Source: Escherichia phage ECO07P1
Sequence record: OP172784
Strand: one strand, 5' to 3'
DNA length: 64,000 nucleotides
Shown: one piece after another, positions 15,524-27,570 of the stretch
Position numbering within the stretch: position 1 is the first letter of the stretch
How the letters are laid out: the number at the start of each line of letters is the position of its first letter
Notes under the pieces: model-generated
What the model was told of the DNA's origin: nothing
Databases searched by the model: none
Seen by the model: the letters and a program-made list of their open reading frames with translations, nothing else
Made by a program: the position numbers and the translations under genes

Positions 15524-18500
15524 CTATTTTAACCTGTGTTGGATTTTCAGGGTCTCTTGGATTTCCTATATTATCTTTTAGACGTTTATTAACTAAATCT
15601 CTAAATTGTGCAAATGTTGTTCCAGATGCGTCAAATAGAGGACTCATTAATTTACGTCGTTCAGATGGCAATTGACCTTGAAATATTGAATTATTATTTT
15701 CAGCATTATAGTCATCAGGAAGAGGATATTTTACACCAGCCATTGGGCCAGGTTCATAAATTGCTTCGCCTGTTACCGAATCATGCTCAATTTCACCGGT
15801 TGGAGTCAATTTAGCTACTCTATCAGCATATTCAGTAGGCAATCCAGAATCCCATTTATAGTTTTTGTATTTATTAATTATAGTCTCTGTGTGTTTAAGA
15901 GTTAAACCAACATTAATAAACATTGTTAAAAGAGTAATTGCTATAAATCCAAATCCTACCGGATGAACAAAACGAATAACGTCAGATTTCCAGCGGGAAG
16001 AAGGTAAATTGGATTTAATTTTCATTACATAATATGATCGACTTCTATTAATATAGTCTATATTATTTTGAAGCAAATCCTTTCCTTTAACCCCGCGAAT
16101 AATTTCGCCTTCAAAACTAGGGAGTCTTTCTGCTTTAACTTCTTGACCGGCAATTAATCTTCCTAAAAGATTATGAATAGTTACAGTCCATTGCAATTTA
16201 CCATTAGAATAGCTTCTTTCTATATAAGTAACATTACATCTTCCTGTAGCTGTATAAATTGTTTGTCCTACTAAGTCTTCAGTCAAAGAATCAGATTGAA
16301 CGATTATATCATATTCAGTACCAGCCCCAGATTCAATTTCAATTTCAACTTCTTCATTATAAAGAACTTTAAAAAGAAATTTGTATGATGCTTCAATTCC
16401 TTTAGTGGAATAAAAATCATAGCTGCGTGATTCGAAAAATCTTGCAACAGCATCGCGTTTGTCAGCATTCAAATAAATGTTTCTTTTATATATCTCTGAC
16501 CACAAATATTCCCATGCATGCTCTTCTCGTGGATATTTGTTACGAATTAAATTTCGTAAATTGTTATACTGAGTTCCATATCCATCAGAGAGATACTGAA
16601 TATATGCTTCACAAAATGCCTCAAAATTCGAATCCTGTAACAAATAAGAATCAGGCATCATTGTGCCAATCAATGGTCTTAAATCAGGGTCAGCTAATCC
16701 ACGCTCTTCTTCGGGCGACCAAGGAGTTTCATGCTCTTGGTTTTGTAAAAATGCTTTTAAAAATACTTCAGTTGGCTTCCAAATAATTTCGACAGTGTCT
16801 CTAACACGATAGTTAAAATCATAGTAAGAAATTATTTCACCGGAGGCTTTATAGAAAAGCATCCCAGATGCATATTTTTTAAATCCAGTGAATTTAACAT
16901 TTGGCATTACTATAGTGCAATCGCCATCATCCCAGTATTCATGAACTAATCTATCTGGTGATGTTTCAGGAATATTTTCTATAACTTTAGTGTATTTTAA
17001 ATCAGCATAAACTACTACAACCCTGTCAGAGTTGTTTATCCAACAGCGTGTGTTAGATTTTTTAGACCAGTTAAAGAATGGTTCAGCGTAGTATTTCATC
17101 GGCTGAGGAGTAAAAGTTTCCCAATCAGACTTTTCATCTGCTATAAATGCCATCATATGATAATGCTTATCAGCTAACCATTCACGAGGAAATTCATATT
17201 TAACAGCACCGATTAACTGATATTTTGCTGCAGTTTCAGGGTCATTAACAACATTATCACTTAAAAATTTAAAATTACTCGATGATAGAGAAACTAATTT
17301 ACCATCAGTTGACATATTCGCATACCCTGGTTGAATACGTCTTCTTTCTTCTTCAGTGTTGCCAAAAACTCTTTTCCATGTTTTTGTGTCATGATTTAAA
17401 ACATATATTCCTTTATCAGCAGAATCAATTATTTTTGATGTTCTAGGATTAGCATTTAATGTTTCAACTTCACCAATAATAAGAGCAAAAACTTTATCAC
17501 CGACAGAATCCATTTTATAGCATACTGCTTTAGGATTTCCAGTTATAGTCATAGTATCAGGTTCAAAAAGCCTTTCCGAATATGTCGGAGATAATGGATC
17601 AGAATCTATAGGTGCATTACTCGTTTTTATGTATCTAACTTTATCTCTGGCGACAACGTAAATGTAATCATCGGTGCAAGTAATAGCTTCTGCAATACGG
17701 TATACATTAGCTGGTAAAGTCGCGTAAGTGGCAAAAATTTCTACATCAAATCCTAGATGTAATTGGTCACCGAGTTTAGCGAATGTTATATCCTGAGAAC
17801 TAAATCTGACATCATCAGCTGACCATCTAACATCAGTCGATTTGCGGCCATAGAAAATCTTGTCGTATCCTAGAACGTATGTTGTGTTCGCAGATTGGTA
17901 ATATACTGTCTTAGATAAAGGATATCCTACGCGGTCATTGAAGAGCTTTACAGCTTTCCAGGTTTGTCCTTTATCATTGGATACTTTAACTACAGGTTGA
18001 TAACGCTCAAAAAGATATAGAATCCCTTCTGATTCCATCAAATAAACTCGGTTAATATCCTTACATACTTGCTGAATAGAACCTTGTATTTCATGATACT
18101 CATTTTCACCAATAATAAAATTACTTATTGATGAAACGTCAACATATGATGGGCTGAACTGAAATGATTCATTCATTAATGCAGCCATTATAGTGTCATT
18201 ATTAAAATTAACATAATCAGAATTATTAAGAGTAAATTTTTCCTGAATGAATTTATTAGCTAATTGCATTTCAATCATGTTTTGAAATGTATAAGCATTT
18301 GTAGCAAAAGTTTCAAACTCTTCGGTATAAATCCAATCAGACTGCTCAAAATCTTGTGCAGCTGTAGCTACTCTAATAACGTATGATGTCAATGGGTCAG
18401 CATCATCAAAAAAGAAGCTGTTATTTGCAGTATATCCTAAGTTAATCCATCTGTATTGATTACTCGGGAGATTTTTCCCCGAGTTTGTTTTTGTCTCAGC

Positions 18501-18614
18501 GATTTCTACAAAATAGTAGAAATTAGCACCAACGTCATCCCAGCGTACTTGCACCTGATTTGCGGATAACTTGGAAATTCTGAGACTAGTGACTGAAGGT
18601 GCTTTTACTGTCAT
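15516..18614 (-). CDS. 7: baseplate wedge protein gp7
   Basis: 1032 aa matches T4 gp7. Confidence 0.9.
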   Translation of the reverse strand: MTVKAPSVTSLRISKLSANQVQVRWDDVGANFYYFVEIAETKTNSGKNLPSNQYRWINLGYTANNSFFFDDADPLTSYVIRVATAAQDFEQSDWIYTEEFETFATNAYTFQNMIEMQLANKFIQEKFTLNNSDYVNFNNDTIMAALMNESFQFSPSYVDVSSISNFIIGENEYHEIQGSIQQVCKDINRVYLMESEGILYLFERYQPVVKVSNDKGQTWKAVKLFNDRVGYPLSKTVYYQSANTTYVLGYDKIFYGRKSTDVRWSADDVRFSSQDITFAKLGDQLHLGFDVEIFATYATLPANVYRIAEAITCTDDYIYVVARDKVRYIKTSNAPIDSDPLSPTYSERLFEPDTMTITGNPKAVCYKMDSVGDKVFALIIGEVETLNANPRTSKIIDSADKGIYVLNHDTKTWKRVFGNTEEERRRIQPGYANMSTDGKLVSLSSSNFKFLSDNVVNDPETAAKYQLIGAVKYEFPREWLADKHYHMMAFIADEKSDWETFTPQPMKYYAEPFFNWSKKSNTRCWINNSDRVVVVYADLKYTKVIENIPETSPDRLVHEYWDDGDCTIVMPNVKFTGFKKYASGMLFYKASGEIISYYDFNYRVRDTVEIIWKPTEVFLKAFLQNQEHETPWSPEEERGLADPDLRPLIGTMMPDSYLLQDSNFEAFCEAYIQYLSDGYGTQYNNLRNLIRNKYPREEHAWEYLWSEIYKRNIYLNADKRDAVARFFESRSYDFYSTKGIEASYKFLFKVLYNEEVEIEIESGAGTEYDIIVQSDSLTEDLVGQTIYTATGRCNVTYIERSYSNGKLQWTVTIHNLLGRLIAGQEVKAERLPSFEGEIIRGVKGKDLLQNNIDYINRSRSYYVMKIKSNLPSSRWKSDVIRFVHPVGFGFIAITLLTMFINVGLTLKHTETIINKYKNYKWDSGLPTEYADRVAKLTPTGEIEHDSVTGEAIYEPGPMAGVKYPLPDDYNAENNNSIFQGQLPSERRKLMSPLFDASGTTFAQFRDLVNKRLKDNIGNPRDPENPTQVKIDE

Positions 18615-20593
18615 TGTGATATAGGCTCCAAATCGATAGTTAAGTATTGTGGACGTAAGTCATTTTCAAATACAATCAGTGAACCATCGCGAGTAAAGAT
18701 AACATCATCTGTTGGGTCAGAATATAATTCAATAGTCTGAACTTCAAATTTTTCAGATGTTAAATTAATTTTAGCGATATTCCAATAAATCACATCAGCT
18801 GGATAATTTATTTCACCGATAACATAGTATTTGTCGCGTCCATCAGAATTTGCTAATTTGTTAAAATCGTTGCCTGTATACGGCTGAATATTTTCATTTT
18901 CTGTAACATCACCAGAAGCAAATGGACCAATAATAACTTTACCAATTCCTTTAGAATCTCGGTCTGTTGATACTATGCGAACGTCATATAATACATCTTC
19001 TTCTAAACCAGTATCAGGATTTACAACCTTTCGTCCAGAATTAAATGAAAACGTATTAGATTCCATAGAACGGTCTTTTATTTGATTATTGTATTTAATA
19101 CCTGCTTCAGGTGTTTTATAGAAGTTTTGTACTTCACGTACTATTTGAATTGTCGCCGATGAGCCAATGATAGAATGATCTGCATCATCTACATATGTCA
19201 ACATCTTAGATTTAGCGAAAGATGAGTTAAAAATTTCTACATCTTCGGTATAATAACGATCAATTTTATCAATTATTTGACCTTCGAGCCACTGTTCGGA
19301 TTCTTGCAGCTTATTTAAAGCATATGTGACTTTTAAATTAGTCTTAATAAAAAGATAATTAGGAGAAATAATTGATGGCGTAATAGGAGCTAAATTATAG
19401 TCTTTGAGATAATTTTTAATATCTTCGCGTTGTACAGTAGTTAAATACAACCCTGATTTAGGTTTAGCAGCAATAAATGCATAACCAGGTTTAGTAGAAT
19501 CAGTGAAAGTCTGAACTGCTTGAATAATAGAACCAAATCTCTCTGAAACGAATGTATCATAGTCAGTCGCAGTTACGCAGCGTTGCTGGGTTTCACGTTT
19601 AATAGTACCCAATTCGCGAATACGTTCAATATCTTCTGGGTCACCGCCGCCATCTGCCCCAACAAAATCTGGGTCATCGTTTGGATTTTCATTAATGTTG
19701 ATGACAGTTATATTTGTTAATGTATCTGCGTATGAAAATCCGACTGCGCCATTCGCATCGGCACCGTTAGTACTGATGTACTCAATAACAATCGTAGAGT
19801 TCTGGGTAGGTTTAAGACCTCCAATGTAATTAGCGGTCAATGCTCCTTCTGCCGCATTAACAGAAATCTCACCTTCACCAAAATAAAATTCAGTATTTCC
19901 ATCAATAGTTTCACGCATGTAGTAAATTGTTGATGTAGAACCAGCATGAACCATTGACTTTCTTGTCCAGTTAATCCATTCTGCTCCATCAACATACAGC
20001 TTAACTTGGTTTCTATCTATATTTTTGTCATAAATGATAATAGGTGTTAATTTATCATAAATGATTTCAGTTCTTACTATACGTCCCTGGGCTAATTTTA
20101 AACGCGGAAAATATTGGTTATTTTTATCGCGAATAGCAATAACATCTTCGGTAGAGACAAAGTTATATGGATTAACAGAAGTATCTTTTGCATATGCTAA
20201 AAAGCGAGTACCACGAGGAATAGTAATGTAATTTCTATTCAATGCATCTGTACACGTTAGCATAATTTCAGTTTGAGCAGCTGATTTTGAAGTAGGTAAA
20301 TATCCATTATCTTGTGCAGCTTGAACTACTGAACTACGCAAATTAGCAGTACGCATAAAGCTTTCATACACGGCAGCATTACCAAACTGCTGAATGTATA
20401 ATGTGTTATAAGCCAAAAGGTCACACAGAACGTTTAATCTTGAGCCTTCAAAATCATAATCCAAAAATTCATTTTGACCATTAAGCCATTCAATGAGGTT
20501 TTGTTTTATTTCAGCAAATGTACCCCCGACGAATATCTCGGGAATAGCATTTGCTGTTCTTGTTAATTGATAATTTACAGGGGTATTTGCCAT
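18611..20593 (-). CDS. 6: baseplate wedge protein gp6
   Basis: 660 aa matches T4 gp6. Confidence 0.9.
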   Translation of the reverse strand: MANTPVNYQLTRTANAIPEIFVGGTFAEIKQNLIEWLNGQNEFLDYDFEGSRLNVLCDLLAYNTLYIQQFGNAAVYESFMRTANLRSSVVQAAQDNGYLPTSKSAAQTEIMLTCTDALNRNYITIPRGTRFLAYAKDTSVNPYNFVSTEDVIAIRDKNNQYFPRLKLAQGRIVRTEIIYDKLTPIIIYDKNIDRNQVKLYVDGAEWINWTRKSMVHAGSTSTIYYMRETIDGNTEFYFGEGEISVNAAEGALTANYIGGLKPTQNSTIVIEYISTNGADANGAVGFSYADTLTNITVININENPNDDPDFVGADGGGDPEDIERIRELGTIKRETQQRCVTATDYDTFVSERFGSIIQAVQTFTDSTKPGYAFIAAKPKSGLYLTTVQREDIKNYLKDYNLAPITPSIISPNYLFIKTNLKVTYALNKLQESEQWLEGQIIDKIDRYYTEDVEIFNSSFAKSKMLTYVDDADHSIIGSSATIQIVREVQNFYKTPEAGIKYNNQIKDRSMESNTFSFNSGRKVVNPDTGLEEDVLYDVRIVSTDRDSKGIGKVIIGPFASGDVTENENIQPYTGNDFNKLANSDGRDKYYVIGEINYPADVIYWNIAKINLTSEKFEVQTIELYSDPTDDVIFTRDGSLIVFENDLRPQYLTIDLEPISQ

Positions 20594-20601
20594 TTTAAAT
20601 C

Positions 20602-20895
20602 CTATTTAATGAATACTTTAGATGATGCCTGAGCCACAGTATCACCGCATGATATTGGATCAGCCATTTGAACAGCTTTCTTTCCAGTGACATATACCTT
20701 AGAAGTTCTAGGTTGTGTCACTCCGCCATGTGTTTCATATGGCTTTTTAATTTCTGTATGTTCTGTAATTGGATCACCTGCTACGAGAACAGCAATTCCT
20801 CCAGTGAATACTTTACTTTGTGTAGCATTCACAACTGTTGGAGGCCACGCTTCATGGCCGGCAGTAACACACTTATCATAGCTTAATCCTGACAT
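20602..20895 (-). CDS. 5.4: PAAR-like spike tip protein gp5.4
   Basis: 97 aa as T4 gp5.4; Gly-rich PAAR-like repeats; between 5/5.1 and 6. Confidence 0.8.
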
Positions 20896-21450
20896 TTATG
20901 GCCTCTCATACACGTAGCTTCTCAATTTATTAGCCCAGCGACTCCAATTTCCAACTATAGTTTTTGTATAATTTTTAACAAGAGTTTTTCTTATTGGAGC
21001 AGGAGGATCAGTTGGTTCAGTAGTATCAGAAGATGACCTAGAATTACTGCCAGAACCTCCAGATTCACCTTGTTCTTGGTAGTCATATATTAATGTTACT
21101 TCGTAAGTGAATGTCTTCTGGAGGTTCTGAGGAGCTTTCCATAGATATAACTGAGTATTAGAATCAGTTGGAAGGTCTTCCCATGAAGCAGCGGTTTTAA
21201 ATTCATTATCTAAACGATATTTCAACGCATCATTTCCAAATCCAAATACAGATTCATACGTTCCATATAAACGATTTTCTTCTACTAAAACCCCAGGAGT
21301 TTTTTCGTAACTAGTTATATTTATAGATACTAACGTTTCACCCGTTTCTAATTGAGCGGTAAAGGTGACGTCGATAGAAGAACCTTCCATGGATTCTCCT
21401 AAATCAGCGCTCATTGGAAGTATATTAGCCAATGTCAATCCTCGATCCAT
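20896..21450 (-). CDS. gp5.1-like baseplate-region protein (start uncertain)
   Basis: About 185 aa ORF between gene 5 and 5.4; start overlaps gene 5 end; no recognisable motif. Confidence 0.55.
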
Positions 21451-23152
21451 CAATTGTGTATTGACCAGATGAAATAGAACTCATAGATGCCATTTTTTCT
21501 GTCCAATCACCACCAACGTCCCAATCAACTGTCCCAGCAACTTTCCAAGAAAGATTTCCATTTACTGTATTAGTTTGATTTCCTTCAACTAAAGTAGTAG
21601 CATCCCCTTTAACTGTAATGTCAGCATTACCTTCAACTACAATAGTAACATTACCTTTAACTAGGATAGTTCCATTACCTTCAACTGTCTTAGTTTCATC
21701 GCCACGCACAAATATTGTGTTGCTTCCATCTATTTGGTGAAGACGATTATCCATGTTGTAATAAATTTCTGATCCACCGACGTTAGTCTTTTTATCACCG
21801 GCTACCAAAAAATTACCATCGGCATTTGTTATATCATACAAATTATCAATAGTTTTTCTTGTTCTTCTTCCTGATGGTGATACTTCCTCATACGTTCCAG
21901 TCGGATGAACTAATCTGTATCGTTCTTGCCCAGGGGTATCGTCAAATTCCTGAATATGACCGCTTTCAGTTTCCATTGTGTGAACATACGGATATTCACC
22001 TTTATATGAAGAAACAGGTTCTTTGAATAAAATTCTTGAATCATTCGGAATAGGAGGGTCAGCCGGGTCAGAAGACTTTGCTACAGTAGCAGCCATTGCT
22101 GACAAAGACCTGGCTGGCGTTTTCACTTCAATACCGTATGATTCCAAATTCCCTGTAAGAATAATCATGGTAACACGGGATGCACGGCCTTTTGTTTGTT
22201 GATACCACAATGAATCACGGCCGGCTTTATATGCTTTTTCCCAATCTCCGGCTAACATAGCAGTTAACATTGTGTTAAATTTAGCTACGCCGCCAACGCC
22301 CATCTGAAATGCCATATTTTCTAATGCCATTTGACGAGAACGATTAACTGCTTTCCAAACTGGGCCAACTTTAGAATGTGATTTAATGTCACGTTGCATA
22401 TCAGCTAAATCACGTTCAAATAAAGTTACCGCTTCTTCCATTGTAATAGAACCTGGATTTCCGGTAATTTCACGTCCAACTTGTTTTGATAAAACTTTAT
22501 TAATTTGGGTCATATCACGAACTGGCTGCTTCATGATAAGATGACCAATACCAATTGTCGGATATCCTTCAGTATCCCAATAAACTTTTAGTCTTAATCC
22601 TTCATCACGGCGAAGCATTTCAGCCATTGACATATTTGGATTATCATCAGTTGGAATCTCTGATAGCGGTCTATCATCGGGATTTATTGCAGTATCTAAA
22701 TTACTGTCTTGGATAATGTTAGAAGACGAATCATATCCTACTTCTCCGCCTTGGTTTAATACGTTAGTATCATTTCCTAGACGTCTAGGATACTGTCCAG
22801 TCGGGTCAGAAAATCCTTCAAGTCTATTAGGCTTTTCGCGAACTATTCCACCATACGTGCCAAGGACAATTCCGTTAGTTTTCCATTTGTCTAAAAAATG
22901 ACCATAAACTCTAGTTCCTTCTACCGGACCAGTAACGGAGCCTCCAATTCCAGACATTGCTGCAGAAGTTATAGGTTGAATAACTGACATCCATGGCAAT
23001 TTATCGGTTGGAATACCCATTACGTCGCCTTGCGCTCTTTGGGGTGGATGCAGACCAACTACACGAACACGAACACGACCTAATTTTAATGGGTCCATTC
23101 TATCTTCAACAACACCAACAAACCAATTAAGGTTATTACTTATCATTTCCAT
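21425..23152 (-). CDS. 5: baseplate hub / cell-puncturing protein gp5 with lysozyme domain
   Basis: 575 aa; N-terminus MEMISNNLNWFVGVVEDRMDPLKLGRVRV; internal lysozyme segment EMLRRDEGLRLKVYWDTEGYPTIGIGHL paralogous to gene e. Confidence 0.92.
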   Translation of the reverse strand: MEMISNNLNWFVGVVEDRMDPLKLGRVRVRVVGLHPPQRAQGDVMGIPTDKLPWMSVIQPITSAAMSGIGGSVTGPVEGTRVYGHFLDKWKTNGIVLGTYGGIVREKPNRLEGFSDPTGQYPRRLGNDTNVLNQGGEVGYDSSSNIIQDSNLDTAINPDDRPLSEIPTDDNPNMSMAEMLRRDEGLRLKVYWDTEGYPTIGIGHLIMKQPVRDMTQINKVLSKQVGREITGNPGSITMEEAVTLFERDLADMQRDIKSHSKVGPVWKAVNRSRQMALENMAFQMGVGGVAKFNTMLTAMLAGDWEKAYKAGRDSLWYQQTKGRASRVTMIILTGNLESYGIEVKTPARSLSAMAATVAKSSDPADPPIPNDSRILFKEPVSSYKGEYPYVHTMETESGHIQEFDDTPGQERYRLVHPTGTYEEVSPSGRRTRKTIDNLYDITNADGNFLVAGDKKTNVGGSEIYYNMDNRLHQIDGSNTIFVRGDETKTVEGNGTILVKGNVTIVVEGNADITVKGDATTLVEGNQTNTVNGNLSWKVAGTVDWDVGGDWTEKMASMSSISSGQYTIDGSRIDIG

Positions 23153-23726
23153 AAGATTTCTCCATTATACGTATAAGGTCGTTCATAAATGAATTGATGT
23201 CTGATTTTGCTATTATTTTTATTTGACGAAGTTTTTCATTTTCAAGAACAGCAGCTTCATACGTATCGACCGCAGCAAGTGCTCCTTCATATTGAGGATA
23301 TTTTCTGGCTTTATCGCCTTTGTCATACCAAACATATGGGTTATCATCATATGATATTAAATTATAAAATTTTTCACCGTTCTCATTCACATGATATACT
23401 ATTTGGTCTCCACCTATGTTTTTGTATTTTTGTATAGATGCTTGATAAGCAGCTTCTTGCGAAGTAATCCATCCATAATACGGATCATAATTATCATTAC
23501 ACATCAATAAAACCCAATACAACTGCGGATTTCCATATATAGCATTTGCTAATTCTTCCGGGCGTGGTGAACCTTTAATATAATAAGTACGTAAGCGATA
23601 TCCCGCAAGAGCGCGTTTGAAATAGTCTTTATAGTTTCTAAAAATATCTGTCATAGGAATAGTCGGCGCGTTTTTATTCACCGTTTTGGCCGCATATTCA
23701 ATCGGATCAAAAAATGTAAAGAGCAT
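23136..23726 (-). CDS. 53: baseplate wedge protein gp53
   Basis: 196 aa matches T4 gp53; upstream of and overlapping gene 5. Confidence 0.82.
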   Translation of the reverse strand: MLFTFFDPIEYAAKTVNKNAPTIPMTDIFRNYKDYFKRALAGYRLRTYYIKGSPRPEELANAIYGNPQLYWVLLMCNDNYDPYYGWITSQEAAYQASIQKYKNIGGDQIVYHVNENGEKFYNLISYDDNPYVWYDKGDKARKYPQYEGALAAVDTYEAAVLENEKLRQIKIIAKSDINSFMNDLIRIMEKSYGNDK

Positions 23727-23739
23727 GGGCCCTCCTGTT

Positions 23740-23747
23740 TATAAATA
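23740..23747 (+). promoter_or_regulatory. T4 late promoter motif TATAAATA (gene 4)
   Basis: Plus-strand TATAAATA 26 nt upstream of gene 4 ATG. Confidence 0.55.
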
Positions 23748-23754
23748 TATTATC

Positions 23755-23762
23755 TATTTATA
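23755..23762 (-). promoter_or_regulatory. T4 late promoter motif TATAAATA (gene 53), divergent
   Basis: Minus-strand TATAAATA about 29 nt upstream of gene 53 start. Confidence 0.5.
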
Positions 23763-23773
23763 AGGAGAATCCA

Positions 23774-24226
23774 ATGGCATATTCTGGAAAATGGGTTCCT
23801 AAAAATATATCAAAATATAGAGGTGACCCTAAAAAAATTACGTATAGATCAAATTGGGAAAAATTCTTTTTTGAATGGTTAGATAAAAATCCAGAAATTA
23901 TTGCATGGGGTAGTGAAACAGCAGTAATTCCTTATTTTTGTAATGCAGAAGGGAAAAAACGTAGATACTTCATGGATATTTGGATGAAAGATTCTTCTGG
24001 GCAAGAATTTTTTATTGAAATAAAACCTAAAAAAGAAACACAACCACCAGTTAAACCAGCACATCTAACAACTGCGGCGAAGAAAAGATTTATGAATGAA
24101 ATTTATACATATTCCGTTAATACCGACAAATGGAAAGCAGCACAATCTTTAGCTGAAAAGCGTGGAATAAAATTTAGAATTCTAACAGAAGATGGATTAC
24201 GAGCTCTTGGCTTTAAGGGGGCATAA
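23774..24226 (+). CDS. 4: head completion protein gp4
   Basis: 150 aa matches T4 gp4; divergent from gene 53; TATAAATA upstream. Confidence 0.82.
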   Translation: MAYSGKWVPKNISKYRGDPKKITYRSNWEKFFFEWLDKNPEIIAWGSETAVIPYFCNAEGKKRRYFMDIWMKDSSGQEFFIEIKPKKETQPPVKPAHLTTAAKKRFMNEIYTYSVNTDKWKAAQSLAEKRGIKFRILTEDGLRALGFKGA

Positions 24227-25050
24227 TGGCTATTTTTCAAATAATTAATGAAAGCACTCCCCAAGTTCCAAAGGTTAAGCAATCATTAAACGAAAAGAAA
24301 TGGATTCAGATAGGTCTTGAATACAAAAAGGCCAAAGCAAAAGGAATGACAGGAAAGCAATTTGCTGAAGAAAGAGGAATCAAATACTCTACGTTTACTT
24401 CGGCAATGTCAAAATATGCTTCAGGAATTAAAACAGCTGAAAAGATTCAAAATCTTGAATCAAAACCAATGAATAAACTCAATAAGCAAGAAAGACAACT
24501 GCTTATGATAAATTCATTCAGGCAAACGTTGCGTGATAAAATTCGTAATGAAGGTGCAGCAATTAATAATAAAACCAGAAAGTGGTTTGCTGAAACTATT
24601 AAGCAGGTAAAAGGACATAAAGTTGTTCGCCCGCAGCCGGGACGAATATATGCTTTTGCTTACGATGCTAAACACAAAGAAACTCTTCCTTATTGGGATA
24701 AATTTCCTTTGATAATTTACCTTGGTTTAGGTAAACATAATTTAATGTACGGATTGAACTTGCACTATATTCCACCTAAAGCTCGTCAGCAATTTCTAGA
24801 AGAGCTTTTAAAGCAATATTCAAATACACCTACTATTACTAATAAAACGAAATTAAAAATTGATTGGAGTCAAGTGAAAGGATTTAGGGGTGCAGACCAA
24901 ATGATTAAGGCATATATACCTGGTAATATCATGGGTAGTCTTGTTGAAATCGCCCCGAAAGACTGGGCGAACGTTGTGTTAATGCCACTTCAGCAGTTCG
25001 TTTCAAAAGGAAAACGTTTCTCTGCAAACAAAGTCTGGTCAAATATCTAA
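24226..25050 (+). CDS. 2: DNA end protector protein gp2
   Basis: 274 aa matches T4 gp2; order 4-2-3-1. Confidence 0.82.
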   Translation: MAIFQIINESTPQVPKVKQSLNEKKWIQIGLEYKKAKAKGMTGKQFAEERGIKYSTFTSAMSKYASGIKTAEKIQNLESKPMNKLNKQERQLLMINSFRQTLRDKIRNEGAAINNKTRKWFAETIKQVKGHKVVRPQPGRIYAFAYDAKHKETLPYWDKFPLIIYLGLGKHNLMYGLNLHYIPPKARQQFLEELLKQYSNTPTITNKTKLKIDWSQVKGFRGADQMIKAYIPGNIMGSLVEIAPKDWANVVLMPLQQFVSKGKRFSANKVWSNI

Positions 25051-25156
25051 TTCTATTATCTTCCATTCTTTTCTATTGTTTGTTCTAATTGGAATTGAAT
25101 GGAAGGGACTTAGACCCATTATACCACCAACACTTATAAAGCATTATGAGGAATAT

Positions 25157-25687
25157 ATGTCGCAAGCATTGCAACAAATTTTTAACCAAGCAAATACAAC
25201 TAACTTTGTAGTATCAATACCGCATAGTAATACTACATCTGCTTTTACTTTAAATGCTCAGTCAGTTCCTATTCCGGGAATTAGGATACCTGTTACTGAT
25301 ACCGTGACTGGGCCGTTTGGACTAGGCCGAGCACAGCGTCCAGGAGTTACATTTGAGTACGATCCACTCATCGTGAGATTTATAGTTGATGAAGAGCTTA
25401 AGTCATGGATAGGAATGTATGAATGGATGCTAGGAACTAGTAACTATCTTACAGGCGAAAATACTGCCCAAAAAACAGGTCCTGAATACATTACGCTTTA
25501 CATTTTAGATAATAGTAAAACTGAAATCGTGATGTCAATAAATTTTTATAAGCCTTGGGTTTCTGACCTGTCTGAAGTAGAATTTAGCTACACGGAAGAT
25601 TCAGACCCAGCTTTAGTATGTACAGCAACGATTCCTTATACGTATTTTCAAGTAGAAAAAGATGGCAAAATTATAGCAGAAGTTTAA
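25157..25687 (+). CDS. 3: tail tube terminator / tail completion protein gp3
   Basis: Start chosen at MSQALQQ (176 aa as T4 gp3) with GAGGAA Shine-Dalgarno; the longest ORF begins at 25076. Confidence 0.78.
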   Translation: MSQALQQIFNQANTTNFVVSIPHSNTTSAFTLNAQSVPIPGIRIPVTDTVTGPFGLGRAQRPGVTFEYDPLIVRFIVDEELKSWIGMYEWMLGTSNYLTGENTAQKTGPEYITLYILDNSKTEIVMSINFYKPWVSDLSEVEFSYTEDSDPALVCTATIPYTYFQVEKDGKIIAEV

Positions 25688-25711
25688 TGCTTCAGTTTCA
25701 TGTGTTATAAT
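25688..25711 (+). promoter_or_regulatory. MotA-dependent middle promoter (gene 1)
   Basis: MotA box TGCTTCA, 11-nt spacer, TATAAT. Confidence 0.55.
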
Positions 25712-25736
25712 CTTAACTAAATTTGAGGAGAAACAT

Positions 25737-26461
25737 ATGAAACTAATCTTTTTAAGTGGTGTAAAGCGTAGTGGAAAAGATACTACTGCAGATTTTATCA
25801 TGGAAAATTATTCTGCAGTTAAATATCAACTTGCTGGTCCTATTAAGGATGCATTGGCTTATGCATGGGGTGTATTTGCAGCAAACACTGACTATCCTTG
25901 CTTAACTCGTAAAGAGTTTGAAGGAATTGACTATGATCGTGAGACTAATTTAAATCTGACTAAATTAGAAGTAATTACGATTATGGAACAAGCATTTTGC
26001 TATCTTAATGGTAAAAGCCCAATTAAAGGTGTGTTTGTTTTTGATGACGAAGGACAAGAATCAGTTAATTCCGTAGCATTTAACAAGATTATTGACGTTA
26101 TAAATAATATTGAAGATCAATGGTCAGTCCGTCGTCTGATGCAAGCCCTAGGTACGGATTTGATTGTTAATAACTTCGACCGCATGTATTGGGTAAAATT
26201 ATTTGCTTTAGATTATCTTGATAAATTTAACTCAGGTTATGATTATTATATCGTTCCTGATACTCGTCAAGATCATGAAATGGATGCGGCTAGGGCGATG
26301 GGTGCTACAGTAATTCATGTAGTTCGTCCTGGTCAAAAATCCAATGATACTCATATTACAGAAGCTGGATTGCCAATTCGTGATGGCGATTTAGTAATTA
26401 CAAACGATGGTTCTCTTGAAGAACTTTTTTCTAAAATTAAAAATACACTAAAGGTACTATA

Positions 26462-26462
<1 letters not shown>
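25737..26462 (+). CDS. 1: deoxynucleoside monophosphate kinase gp1
   Basis: 241 aa as T4 gp1; P-loop-like GVKRSGKDT; MotA-type middle promoter upstream. Confidence 0.85.
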
Positions 26463-27159
<697 letters not shown>

Positions 27160-27171
27160 TTTCACAAAGTT

Positions 27172-27201
27172 GTTTACACGGGGTTTTAGTTGTGATACTA
27201 T
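27172..27201 (+). promoter_or_regulatory. T4-type early promoter
   Basis: GTTTAC-N18-TACTAT with A-rich upstream element. Confidence 0.6.
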
Positions 27202-27237
27202 TACCCTATCAAAACAAATGAGTGATTGGAGAATAAA

Positions 27238-27510
27238 ATGAAAACATTTAAAGAATTTATCAATGAAGCTGCTTTTAACGAAAAAGTAAAAATTAGCAAA
27301 GCTGTCAAGACTATGATTGATAACATCAATTACCTATATGGTATTGATTTAACTGACTATGTAACAGTTGGTAACAAACGTAACTATTTCGTGTTTGACA
27401 TCTCTGAACTTGACCAGAATCAAATTAACAACATTGAGCGTTTTGCTAATGATAAGGGTCTTCGTCATGAGTCAGCGGGTTATAAAAAATACGCAATTTA
27501 TTTAAAATGA
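27238..27510 (+). CDS. internal-protein-like protein with capsid targeting sequence (ipI-locus cassette 1)
   Basis: N-terminus MKTFKEFINE-A matches the T4 IP capsid-targeting sequence with gp21 L/I-x-E cleavage site; own early promoter and GGAG Shine-Dalgarno. Confidence 0.65.
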   Translation: MKTFKEFINEAAFNEKVKISKAVKTMIDNINYLYGIDLTDYVTVGNKRNYFVFDISELDQNQINNIERFANDKGLRHESAGYKKYAIYLK

Positions 27511-27540
27511 GTTTACTTTTAAATAGGGTTGTGGTACTAT
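27511..27540 (+). promoter_or_regulatory. T4-type early promoter
   Basis: GTTTAC-N18-TACTAT. Confidence 0.6.
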
Positions 27541-27570
27541 TATCTCATCAAAATTAATTAGGAAAATAAA